Positions 18,170-26,845 of a stretch of DNA of 32,000 nucleotides are shown in pieces. The first letter of the stretch is position 1, and each line of letters opens with the position of its first letter. The DNA is from Candidatus Jordarchaeales archaeon (GTDB lineage: Archaea > Asgardarchaeota > Jordiarchaeia > Jordiarchaeales > Freyrarchaeaceae): assembly GCA_038858525.1 (NCBI GenBank), contig JAWCFL010000001.1, forward strand, positions 1 to 32,000, written 5' to 3'. The position numbers and the translations under genes were made by a program. Below the pieces are notes generated by a model. The model saw only the letters and a program-made list of their open reading frames with translations, searched no databases and was not told the origin of the DNA.

Positions 18170-19189
18170 ATGGATGTGAGCAGATATCTGTCCTTAAAAA
18201 GCGTTACGTTATTTTACAATGGAGGCGCCTTATTAGAGTATGAGGGACAAATTCCAGTAAAAGACGAAGACACAGTATATCTTATGCCAGTCGAAATCGA
18301 GCTAGCAGAGCATGTTTTTTCTACGTTAAATGTAAGCGACTTTGATGGGGGAGCAATAACCGGGATCATCTACCAGCCTCCTGAAGAACCAATTTATAGT
18401 TGTGATATTAAGAGTAACGATTTTATTAGATGCTTGTTGCCCAAACTTATTGGAAAAAACATTAACTTAGGACTGAAAGGTGGCGAAGCAATTTCAGGCG
18501 TACTCTTAGGGTTCGATGAAAATAAAAACGATGAAGGTAACGATGTGTTTCTAAATGTTCTTTCGTCTGACAAACTTTATCGGGTCAGTATGGTTTCCGT
18601 GGAACATATTACTTTAGGAAGAAATTACGCTCTTGAACTAAGAAGCTTTGCTAAGGGAGAGTTAAAGGCCTATGTTGGCTGGAAGCTTGACCCAGGAACC
18701 TTAGTAAAAGACAAACACTTGGTGAACGTTAAGTATTTTCAACCATTAGGAAAGGGATGGAAAACTTTCTACCACCTTTACATAACAGATGACATATGGG
18801 TTCTGATAGTTTGGTGTGAGATCGTAAACGCCACTCCGAAAGATTGGAAGGACGTATCTATTATCCTCACAACGGGGGCACCACTTACAACAGCCACTTC
18901 TGAACAAAAAGACGGTGGGATAGTAGAGCATAAGATCAATGGCCCAGTTACTGTGCCCAAGCTTTCAAGGGTCTTAATTCCGGTATCTAAGCTCGATGTT
19001 AAAGGCGAATTACAACTTCAGATAGATAATTCAGGTAAGATGAGCATAAAAATAAACATTACAAATGAAAGCGGGAAAGTGCTGTTGCCTGGAAAAATAA
19101 CCGTGTGGAAAAACGACCGACTTTTGGGAGTAGGAGAACTGCAATTTATTAAAAAAGGAGGAACGGCATCGATCGAAATAAGAGCCTGA
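18170..19189 (+). CDS. DUF4139-like protein, apparently short at the C-terminus
   Basis: 'NATPKDWKDVSIILTTGAP', 'PVTVPKLSRVLIP' and 'LLPGKITVWKNDRLLG' resemble DUF4139 motifs. Confidence 0.65.
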   Translation: MDVSRYLSLKSVTLFYNGGALLEYEGQIPVKDEDTVYLMPVEIELAEHVFSTLNVSDFDGGAITGIIYQPPEEPIYSCDIKSNDFIRCLLPKLIGKNINLGLKGGEAISGVLLGFDENKNDEGNDVFLNVLSSDKLYRVSMVSVEHITLGRNYALELRSFAKGELKAYVGWKLDPGTLVKDKHLVNVKYFQPLGKGWKTFYHLYITDDIWVLIVWCEIVNATPKDWKDVSIILTTGAPLTTATSEQKDGGIVEHKINGPVTVPKLSRVLIPVSKLDVKGELQLQIDNSGKMSIKINITNESGKVLLPGKITVWKNDRLLGVGELQFIKKGGTASIEIRA

Positions 19190-19392
19190 AAAACAACTAT
19201 TACTCAGAGACGACACTTCTCAACCGGTCTGCAAGAAGCTACCCACCTATTTGTTAATTTGGTAGGAATTTTTGCATATGTTTGGAAAAATTTATCTTTT
19301 TAATTCTGTTAGAAGTTTCCGTTAATTTCATGATCGCACTTAAGTGATATTAATCAAATATGTCAAGATAGATGACACAGAGTTGAATAGGT

Positions 19393-20262
19393 ATGAAGGG
19401 CAAGTATGTAAAGTACTCGGATAAGGTTTTAGAATTATTTTACGGCAATAGAGACGCATCCATGTTTCTTCCACTATTGAAGTTGTTTGCGGAGCACATG
19501 GAAAGCGTCTGCGAGGCTTGTATGGAAAATAAGATGGTTTGCACACTAAGACCCATGTGTCCTGATAGGAGATGGCTTAGTTTTCTCATAAAGATAGGGG
19601 CGCAAAAACGTGACTTACCGAGTTTCTGCTATAAAACGAGGATTAGCGAGATTAAAGCGATCATAGAAAAATCTAGTCATATACATTTTAGTGATGCCAT
19701 TCTTCAGACGGATGTCTTCCTTAATATTCTTTCAGGTGGAAGATCACGTCTTATAGAGCCACTTAAAAACGGTGACCTTGAAGGTTTTACTGAGGGGCTT
19801 ATAGCAGAGTTCAGGCGGCATATAGATGATGTTTCGTTTTTTGTTGGTGAAAATTACATATTTGTTTTGGTGGAGGATAACATATTTCTTATCTATTTGG
19901 ATGATGGGTTCGTTCTGATAAATCCCGAGGAGAAAACGTTTGATTCCATCAGTGAGTTTAATGATCTAATACTGGCGGTTAAAAATCATTACGAAATACC
20001 CATCTGGGTGGAGGAGGATTTTAAGGGGTTTCCTCGTATATTAGTGAGGGTTCCTTATAAGCCAGATGTGGAACAAGCTTTAGGCAAGTTTGTTGAAAAG
20101 GTGGCGGACAGCACGGAGCACGCAAGCTTCTTTCGTAACGATGAAAGCTTCATATTAGAAGTTGAGTTTGGCGCTATTAATTCTTCTCTTACGTTCAAAA
20201 AAGTGCTTTCCGTGCTCCGACGTATAAGGTCTCTTTGTCAAGAAGTAACTAGAGAAAGCTAG
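19393..20262 (+). CDS. Hypothetical protein with N-terminal Cys cluster (C-x2-C-x6-C-x5-C ... LPSFC)
   Basis: Five Cys in the first ~85 residues; ends 14 bp before the giant TrmB-like gene. Confidence 0.7.
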   Translation: MKGKYVKYSDKVLELFYGNRDASMFLPLLKLFAEHMESVCEACMENKMVCTLRPMCPDRRWLSFLIKIGAQKRDLPSFCYKTRISEIKAIIEKSSHIHFSDAILQTDVFLNILSGGRSRLIEPLKNGDLEGFTEGLIAEFRRHIDDVSFFVGENYIFVLVEDNIFLIYLDDGFVLINPEEKTFDSISEFNDLILAVKNHYEIPIWVEEDFKGFPRILVRVPYKPDVEQALGKFVEKVADSTEHASFFRNDESFILEVEFGAINSSLTFKKVLSVLRRIRSLCQEVTRES

Positions 20263-20276
20263 GTGAGGTATCAGTT

Positions 20277-23200
20277 ATGGCTAAAGACTTTGTGTCTTTG
20301 ATTGCCAGTAAATTTGGTCTCAGTGAGGATGAAGCAAAAGTATATAGCTTATTCATTCTGTATAGAATTCTTACTTTGGGGGAAATATGCTATCACACGG
20401 CTCTTCCTACTTCAAAGGTTGAGTCTATTATTCAGTCCCTTAAGGATAAAGGCCTGATATCCCATGTTCCAGGTGTAATTGAAAGATATGTAGCCGTAAC
20501 TCCCTTCAGGGCGCTATCTAAAGTGGCAGGCGATTTTATAAAGACGGCAGAGGAGGCAGATGCAAAATTAAGGAAGCATTTTGAAGTTAGCAAAGCTGAC
20601 ATAAAGAGAGCTGTTGACTCCTTTAAGTCCAACTTGAAGGATTCCGTGACGAAAGAGCTGCAGACTCTGAGGGGAGAGGTAAATAAGGCGAGCGAGCTTT
20701 TGGAAAAACTAGTTCAACGAGAGAAAGCGGACTTAAGTGACATGATAAAAAGAGCGGAATCTTATTCCTTAGGCCAACTGGAAAGTTACAAAAGATTTAG
20801 TGAGGAGTCTTTAACTTTAGTTAAAAGTGAGGTCGAAGAAGAATTAAAAAGCGTTTTAAACGAAGTGAGAAGAGTCACTGGGCAAAGTGCTGAAAGAGCA
20901 TCAAATACTCTTGCATCTATGCTAGACAATGCGAATGTTATGTTGGGAGAAATTGAGAAAAAAGTGATAAAGGATGTTTCGAAGATAGCGGAAACGACTG
21001 CTCTGACGGCGGGCAAGATCGCCGAGAAAGTAATGGAAGCCAAAAGTGAGTATGATTCTAAAGTAAGGGAGACTGTCGAAGTTGCTAAGGGGATTACTTC
21101 TAAAACGATAGATCTGTTGAGAAAAGAGCTGGATGAACGAGCTGGTTTAATAGAGAGAATAACGTCTGAAACAATACGAAAAAGCATAGAGAGAAGAAAG
21201 GAGCAGGATAATAAGTTAGAGAAAATATTGAGCACGTCTCTGAGAGGTTCAGCTTCAGAGATCGCTAAAAGTATTTCTTCTTTCTACACTTCGGCTTTAA
21301 GGCCTCTCTGGTCCTTAAGTAGAGAGCATGAAAAATGGATTCAAAATATTTCAGAGCGCACTAGTAAGCTTGTAGATGCAAGCATTTCGCGTCTTTCTTT
21401 CATGATTGAGGAAACGAAGGCAAAAATTGCTGAACGCATTAAATCACAGTTTGAAATTCAAGAAGAAGTATTGAGAGGATTTGGCTCAAAAGTAAGAGAG
21501 CACGTGACGTCTAGTCTTAGGGAGTTTGATGCGGCTTCTTCTTCGACTAGAGAGCGGTTCTCGTCAGTCATAATGGAGAACACAAAAGCCACTAACGAAA
21601 CCTTCGAGAAAACGAGGAAAGCAGTTGAGTCACTCGTATCAGAGAACGTGGAGATTATAAGAAATATGCTGAAAAAGGTTGAAGAGGAAGTTCAGGCATC
21701 ACTGGTCACAGAGAGAGAGGCCGAGGAAAAGGAGTTTTCTAAGTTTAAAGACGCGTTTTCGTCTATGTTGGAAGTTTCTAAGCGTGAGTTGACCGAGGCA
21801 ACAGGGTTAATGTCTGAAAACGCACTTAAGGAAATTTATACACGGACAACGGAATTTATAAATGAATTGAAAAAGCTGAGGGAGAAAGTTTCCGAGGCCA
21901 TCGAGAAGGAATTGAAGATGGTCAGGTGGGAGGCTGAGGAGGCACGAGGAAGCATAGAGAGATTTTTGGTTCAACGTATCACCGGTATGGAGGAGTATGC
22001 AGAACGCGTAAAGCAGCAGTTGGAGAGTATGGTCAAAGAGAGGCTGGAGGAGCTGAGTATCAGTGCTGAAGCTGTCCAAGTAGGATTTGCTGAATCAATG
22101 GACAAGATATTAGACAGAGTTAGGGAGATAGTAGAGGACGCGAAGAATGGTTTTTCGGTTTTACTTTCCACGCAGCTATCTTCATTTAAGGAAAATTTAG
22201 ATAAGCTTGGCATGTCATTTGCCGATGAGCTAAGCCGGCAGGTGGATGCAACTAAAACGGAGGCAAACGAAATTCTTTCAAACTTTTCAGAGGAGCTAGA
22301 GCACAGAGTTTCAGAAGTTGAGACTTTAGCGAAGCAGATTATGGAGAACGCGGAGGCTATGTTTAAAAGACAAGAAAAAATTAGCAGGCAACTTAGAGAC
22401 GTAGTTTCAACTTTCCTTGTCCAAGAAACAAAGCGATATATAGATTCTTTTTCTAATATTTTAATTTCTTTAAACGAACGCTCGGTCTCCCTCATAGAGT
22501 CGAAGATAAAGTCGTTGGAGAAGCTCAGAAACAATCTCGAAAAAGAACTTCACTCCCTTATAGTTAGTGAGGGGGCGGCGATAGAGGAAAAAAACGCTAG
22601 TTTAAGAGAGACGGTAAACTCATATGTTTCGGAGAGATACAAGGAATACGTTGAGTCATTAGAGGGCGTTGCTAAAGAGGTTGAAGAGCTACTTCGCGAA
22701 CATATTGAATATTATAAAGAGCACCTAGAGGGGCTTATAAGAGGCTTATCAGACGCTCTTGAAGAAACTTTAGGAAGAATATCTCAGGCCTCTAACGCAG
22801 TTATAAGTGATGCAGCTACTCAATTGGATACAGAAAAGGAAGCAATTGCGGGGGAAGCAAAGATTTTAATCGAAGCTGCGAGTAAAATGCTTGATTTTTA
22901 CGTTAAGAAGCTGAGGAGCAGCATTGCGGCCTCTTTAAATGATCTACTGAAGGAAGTATCAAGAAGAATAGAGAGCTTAAGGGAGGAGGGGGAAAGAGTC
23001 GAATCTTTAGTGAGGGAGGTCGTCGAGGCGGACTTTAAAGAATTTGAAGAGGCGCTCAAGAACTTAGAAGGAGCTTTAGCTTTAAATGTTAATAATGAAA
23101 AGGAAAGAACACTTTCCAGTGTTATCCAGTTAGAGTTAAAGTTACAAGATTTGCTAAACAAGGTGGGAGAGGAACTTGGCGCTTACTCAAGAGGTATACA

Positions 23201-24200
23201 GGAAGAAAGCAAAGGAATTTTAGATAATTACTCGAGAGAAGTAACAGGTCTTCTGGATGCTTCTGGTAAAGAAATTAACAGTTACCTAGAAGAAAGTAGG
23301 AAAATTTTCGGAGTAAAAACAGATGAAGTTAAAGACATGATTAATGGATTAATGGAGGAGCTTTCAAAAGAATTAGATGAAATAATACATAGAACACGTG
23401 AAGGCATAGCTACATTAGTAAAGGGGTATCATGAAAAAATAGAACGAAATGTGGAGGAGACTAGAGCACACCTTATAAGTGAGCTTAAAACATGCATAGA
23501 AAAAGAAGAAAAAGACGTGACTAGCTTTAGTCAAAACGTAGTTGAAACGCTATTTCGTCTAATGGAAAGTTGTGGAAAAACATTGGAGGAATTAAACAAC
23601 AATGTGACATCATACTTAAGTGAGTTTTACGAGAAAGCCGCCGAACATTTAGATGGTACAATGAAGGGAATAAGTGAAAAAGTAAGAATTCTACTTGAAG
23701 AGTTAAGAGCCGTAGAGTCAATATCTAGCTCAGCATGGGAGGAACTGGCGAAAGCCCCCCTAAGCATTGAGAAAACGTGTTTCATAGCTACGAGAGAAGT
23801 AGTAAAAACGCGGATGAGGGATATGGCAAAGCGAACTAAAAATTCATTGATAATAGTGGCTCCCGAGCTAGGAGAACTTCCAATAGAGGAGTTATTAGGG
23901 ATAGAGCCGCCAGCGAAATTGTACGTGTTCACTGATTTCGATTTACCCTCAGAGCTCAGCATTTTGAAGAGCTTAATAAGTAAGAGGAATCTCCGTTTGT
24001 GGAAAAGAAAGGAAAAAGAATTTTTCATGTGTCTACGGGACGATGAGGAAATTCTGATTGCTCCAGTATCCAAAGAAACACCTATCTTAGCAATAGTGAG
24101 CGAAGAGCGAAGCTACATTGATTCTTACAAACGCACATTAATACCGTTTCTCAGGTCGACAGCTAAAGAAGTGAAATTGAAAGACATAGACTCTGTTTAG
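20277..24200 (+). CDS. Giant TrmB-like protein: N-terminal wHTH, ~1,090-aa hendecad helical rod, C-terminal TrmB effector/PLD-fold-like domain
   Basis: N-term 'FGLSEDEAKVY...LTLGEI...KVESIIQSLKDKGLI...RYVAVTP' is a TrmB HTH. C-term 'RMRDMAKRTKNSLIIVAP...CLRDDEEILIAP' resembles the TrmB effector subdomain. GGTGAGG RBS. Confidence 0.8.
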   Translation: MAKDFVSLIASKFGLSEDEAKVYSLFILYRILTLGEICYHTALPTSKVESIIQSLKDKGLISHVPGVIERYVAVTPFRALSKVAGDFIKTAEEADAKLRKHFEVSKADIKRAVDSFKSNLKDSVTKELQTLRGEVNKASELLEKLVQREKADLSDMIKRAESYSLGQLESYKRFSEESLTLVKSEVEEELKSVLNEVRRVTGQSAERASNTLASMLDNANVMLGEIEKKVIKDVSKIAETTALTAGKIAEKVMEAKSEYDSKVRETVEVAKGITSKTIDLLRKELDERAGLIERITSETIRKSIERRKEQDNKLEKILSTSLRGSASEIAKSISSFYTSALRPLWSLSREHEKWIQNISERTSKLVDASISRLSFMIEETKAKIAERIKSQFEIQEEVLRGFGSKVREHVTSSLREFDAASSSTRERFSSVIMENTKATNETFEKTRKAVESLVSENVEIIRNMLKKVEEEVQASLVTEREAEEKEFSKFKDAFSSMLEVSKRELTEATGLMSENALKEIYTRTTEFINELKKLREKVSEAIEKELKMVRWEAEEARGSIERFLVQRITGMEEYAERVKQQLESMVKERLEELSISAEAVQVGFAESMDKILDRVREIVEDAKNGFSVLLSTQLSSFKENLDKLGMSFADELSRQVDATKTEANEILSNFSEELEHRVSEVETLAKQIMENAEAMFKRQEKISRQLRDVVSTFLVQETKRYIDSFSNILISLNERSVSLIESKIKSLEKLRNNLEKELHSLIVSEGAAIEEKNASLRETVNSYVSERYKEYVESLEGVAKEVEELLREHIEYYKEHLEGLIRGLSDALEETLGRISQASNAVISDAATQLDTEKEAIAGEAKILIEAASKMLDFYVKKLRSSIAASLNDLLKEVSRRIESLREEGERVESLVREVVEADFKEFEEALKNLEGALALNVNNEKERTLSSVIQLELKLQDLLNKVGEELGAYSRGIQEESKGILDNYSREVTGLLDASGKEINSYLEESRKIFGVKTDEVKDMINGLMEELSKELDEIIHRTREGIATLVKGYHEKIERNVEETRAHLISELKTCIEKEEKDVTSFSQNVVETLFRLMESCGKTLEELNNNVTSYLSEFYEKAAEHLDGTMKGISEKVRILLEELRAVESISSSAWEELAKAPLSIEKTCFIATREVVKTRMRDMAKRTKNSLIIVAPELGELPIEELLGIEPPAKLYVFTDFDLPSELSILKSLISKRNLRLWKRKEKEFFMCLRDDEEILIAPVSKETPILAIVSEERSYIDSYKRTLIPFLRSTAKEVKLKDIDSV
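21603..22328 (+). repeat. Eleven consecutive degenerate 22-aa (2x11) amphipathic repeats within the rod (aa 443-684)
   Basis: Cutting into 22-mers from F443 places hydrophobic residues at positions 1, 4, 8, 12 and 16 in most units. The same register recurs further downstream. Confidence 0.7.
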
Positions 24201-24473
24201 TTTTTAAATTTAAAGGAAAAGCAAGGCTCAAAGCGCATATTTCCGTATTAGTAAACAAATTATAGGCGCCTTCCTTTTTTTAGATACAAGTGGCTTTAAA
24301 AATGACGCTGTCGTATGGCTTATTCATTGGAGCCATCTTTGATGAAAGCGAAGCAACCTAAAATTGCAAGTTTAATATTTCAAGTGTTATACTTGACCTT
24401 ATAAGAGATAATGTATTAAAAATGGAACGAGTGACGAACAAAGTGTAAAAAGGGGAAAGTAAAGGTTGGTTTT

Positions 24474-24821
24474 ATGATAAGCTGGGAAAATGTAGGTGAT
24501 GATGAAGAATTAAAGGAGTTGAATGCTTTAAAGAAATTTGTGACAGGTGATTATGTCAAAATAGCTATCTTAGAGCAACTTGTCAAAGGAGGCTGGTGTA
24601 CCTTGAGCGAGCTGTGCAGAGCTGCAAGGGGGTACGACAGATATGTCGGACACGTGAGAGTATCTACAATATTACAATACATGGAGAGCATCGCTAAAGG
24701 CATTTTAGAAAAAGCAGAAAACGAGTTTTCTGTAAAGTGGAGAATTAGACCTGAGAAGAAAAAGGACATAGAAGGCTGGATTGGAGAAATAAAGTCGACA
24801 CCTTATCGTAAAAGTTTTTAA
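24474..24821 (+). CDS. Small winged-helix protein, hypothetical
   Basis: 'VKIAILEQLVKGGWCTLSELCRAA...VRVSTILQYM...ILEKAENEFSVKWRI' follows a wHTH helix-helix-helix-wing layout. Confidence 0.65.
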   Translation: MISWENVGDDEELKELNALKKFVTGDYVKIAILEQLVKGGWCTLSELCRAARGYDRYVGHVRVSTILQYMESIAKGILEKAENEFSVKWRIRPEKKKDIEGWIGEIKSTPYRKSF

Positions 24822-25017
24822 AGAACGTTGAAAAATATGGATACTTGAGAGATTGTACTTAAAATCAAGGCTTAAAAAAGATTTTTAAAAAATACATCAT
24901 TAAAACATAAAAAACAGTCATTGTAATTAATGGCAGCTTGTTTTTATAGAGTTGTCTTCTGGAGACTTAAGGATAGAGAGGCCCTCATGAAACCAAAAAC
25001 TAATTGTTAAAAAATAT

Positions 25018-25629
25018 TTATTCTATTCTTGTCTCTTCAATTTTGTTTTTCGTTATTTTGAAAATTTGTATGGGTCCGCCTGATGCAGTGTCCCGGGACC
25101 TAGCGGCTCTTATTGCGCGCTCAGCTAAGCTAGCTGCTTCGTCAACAGTAATGCCGTCTTTGTACTCGTCTTCTAAAACACCGAATGCTATCACTGAGCC
25201 GGATCCTGTAGCGCCGAACTTGTCTTCTTCGATTAGGCTTCCCATGGGGTCTAGAGTGAAAAGGTGGGGGCCTGTAGAGTCTACTCCACCTAAAATGAGC
25301 ATACTGATGTAAGGGAATAACCGGTTTTGAAAGAGAATTAATGATGTAAGACGAGCTGCGGCTTTTACTGAAACGTCTCGTTTAAGCTCCATCTTCAGGA
25401 GTGAAAGATTTGCTTTTAGCACATCAACGACATGTTGACAGTCCGCAACGGAGCCGCTTATTGTTACTGCAATTCTATCAGCGACCTTGAATATCTTGGG
25501 GGCGGTAGTGCTTGCTATTATGTTTCCCATAGTTGCTTGAGATTCCGTCGCAAGCACAACGCCATCCTTGCAAACTATTCCAACAGTTGTAGTACCGCTC
25601 ATAAAAACCTTCGAGTTTTCCCGCTGCAT
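25018..25629 (-). CDS. psmB: Proteasome subunit beta
   Basis: 12-aa propeptide ending in G, then the catalytic TTTVG N-terminus, 'KIFKV', 'SGSVAD' and 'ATGSGS'. Confidence 0.97.
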   Translation of the reverse strand: MQRENSKVFMSGTTTVGIVCKDGVVLATESQATMGNIIASTTAPKIFKVADRIAVTISGSVADCQHVVDVLKANLSLLKMELKRDVSVKAAARLTSLILFQNRLFPYISMLILGGVDSTGPHLFTLDPMGSLIEEDKFGATGSGSVIAFGVLEDEYKDGITVDEAASLAERAIRAARSRDTASGGPIQIFKITKNKIEETRIE

Positions 25630-25771
25630 AAGGATCCCCTCACTGATTCGCTCAAATAAAGACGCTGAATCTAAGAATTAAGAAGGAATATATAAATGCT
25701 TTTTCACATCAAAACCTCAAAAATTAAGTATCTTCACGTCTAATCATGGAAAACAAAAATATGACGGAGGT

Positions 25772-25864
25772 TGGTGGGCGGGCCAGGATTTGAACCTGGG
25801 TCCTCCACGGTGTCAACTTCGCCTCTTCTTTGTGTGGCGTCATAACCAGCTAGACTACCCGCCC
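25772..25864 (-). tRNA. tRNA-Val(GAC) with a 16-nt non-canonical intron at 30/31 (25818..25833); CCA encoded
   Basis: Removing ACAAAGAAGAGGCGAA gives a 77-nt cloverleaf: GGGCGGG/CCCGCCC acceptor, CCACG-TTGACAC-CGTGG anticodon arm, TTCAAAT T-loop. Confidence 0.92.
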
Positions 25865-25877
25865 ACTAAGTGATGAT

Positions 25878-26022
25878 TGGTGGACCCCGCGGGACTTACT
25901 CAACCCTTTCTAGGTTTTTGAATTCGCGGTCCCCTCTTCAGGACACCCGCGGCCTCCGCGATGCCGACGCGCCCCCTTGGTTGGGGGAAACGCGGTGCTC
26001 TACCAGGCTGAGCTAGGGGCCC
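25878..26022 (-). tRNA. tRNA-Ala(GGC) with three non-canonical introns: 33/34 (25966..25988), 53/54 (25923..25945), 58/59 (25896..25917); CCA encoded
   Basis: Removing 23+23+22 nt yields a 77-nt cloverleaf with the Ala identity pair G3:U70, A73, CCGCG-TTGGCAT-CGCGG and GCGGG-TTCAAGT-CCCGC. Each intron forms a bulge-helix-bulge. Confidence 0.92.
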
Positions 26023-26049
26023 ACCGTGAATGACAAAGTATTCATGGAG

Positions 26050-26064
26050 ATTTAAGTATTTTTC
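26050..26064 (-). promoter_or_regulatory. Probable BRE + TATA promoter of the tRNA-Ala/tRNA-Val pair
   Basis: Minus strand reads GAAAAATACTTAAAT about 28-42 nt upstream of the tRNA-Ala 5' end. Confidence 0.6.
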
Positions 26065-26451
26065 GGGAGGCAAGAATACTAAATTATTTTTCCTAAGTTA
26101 GCTGTTTTTTAAGAGCTGAAGTTTAGAATATTGGTTTAAATGCTTCTTAAACTGTGAAGCTGTTGCAAGAAAGGTAATAAATTTAGGAAAGCGAAATTAG
26201 TTGCAACGCTATAGTACTACATAGTGAAGTATCAAGTTAAAGAGCCACCTTTCATTTTGCTTTCGGTGATTAATTTTAATAGGTGGCGGTGTTCTGGACT
26301 CAGGTTTAAATGCGTTTAAAGACCAAATTGTTTAAGAAATGGGATCTGGGCTGATTCGAATGAAAGTAAGCGGACGGCGGTGTTTCATGTTTGTTGTTTG
26401 TCTTTTATGTTGGGGTTTTAATAGAAAGGTGAAGTTTAGAGAACGGGTGGG

Positions 26452-26805
26452 TTGATGGAGTTTGAAAACCCGTTTTATTGGTGGATTACGAATCCGGGGA
26501 TAAATTTTCTTTTGTCTCTTGTCTTCTCAGCTATAGCTTTCATAGGTGTGATATACTTCGTAGTTAACTTGGTTTTTCTTTCATCAAGTGAGAGAAATAA
26601 AGGAAAACATATCATTGGGATCTTGTTTTCTCTGCTGGTTATAGGGTTCTGCCTAAGGTGGGAGTGGTTTTTGATTTTCATTGGAAACGTGTCAAGCCTT
26701 TTGACTAAAGGAATCGGAGATATATTAATGCAAGCGGTTTATTACTGGTATCTTTATAGCTTCGAGGAAAAAGTGAATTTAACCTTAACTTCACTAATCG
26801 TTTAA
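26452..26805 (+). CDS. Hypothetical membrane protein (2-3 TM)
   Basis: Hydrophobic hairpin with a short polar loop 'SSSERNKGK'; GGGTGGG RBS-like sequence upstream. Confidence 0.6.
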   Translation: MMEFENPFYWWITNPGINFLLSLVFSAIAFIGVIYFVVNLVFLSSSERNKGKHIIGILFSLLVIGFCLRWEWFLIFIGNVSSLLTKGIGDILMQAVYYWYLYSFEEKVNLTLTSLIV

Positions 26806-26845
26806 ATAAAACGAAAAAGGTATCGGGATATTAGGAAGCTGTAAC

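Noticed and set aside
20277-24200. Calling the giant coiled-coil protein an SMC/Rad50 ATPase
   Set aside because: No Walker A, signature, Walker B or hinge/zinc-hook motif; the ends are TrmB-like and the periodicity is 11/22 rather than heptad.
25700-25780. Integrated element at the tRNA 3' ends
   Set aside because: No integrase and no duplicated tRNA 3' fragment (att site) found in the window; psmB follows directly.
25772-26022. Split or permuted tRNA genes
   Set aside because: Both tRNAs are contiguous and collinear, and are fully explained by cis-spliced introns.
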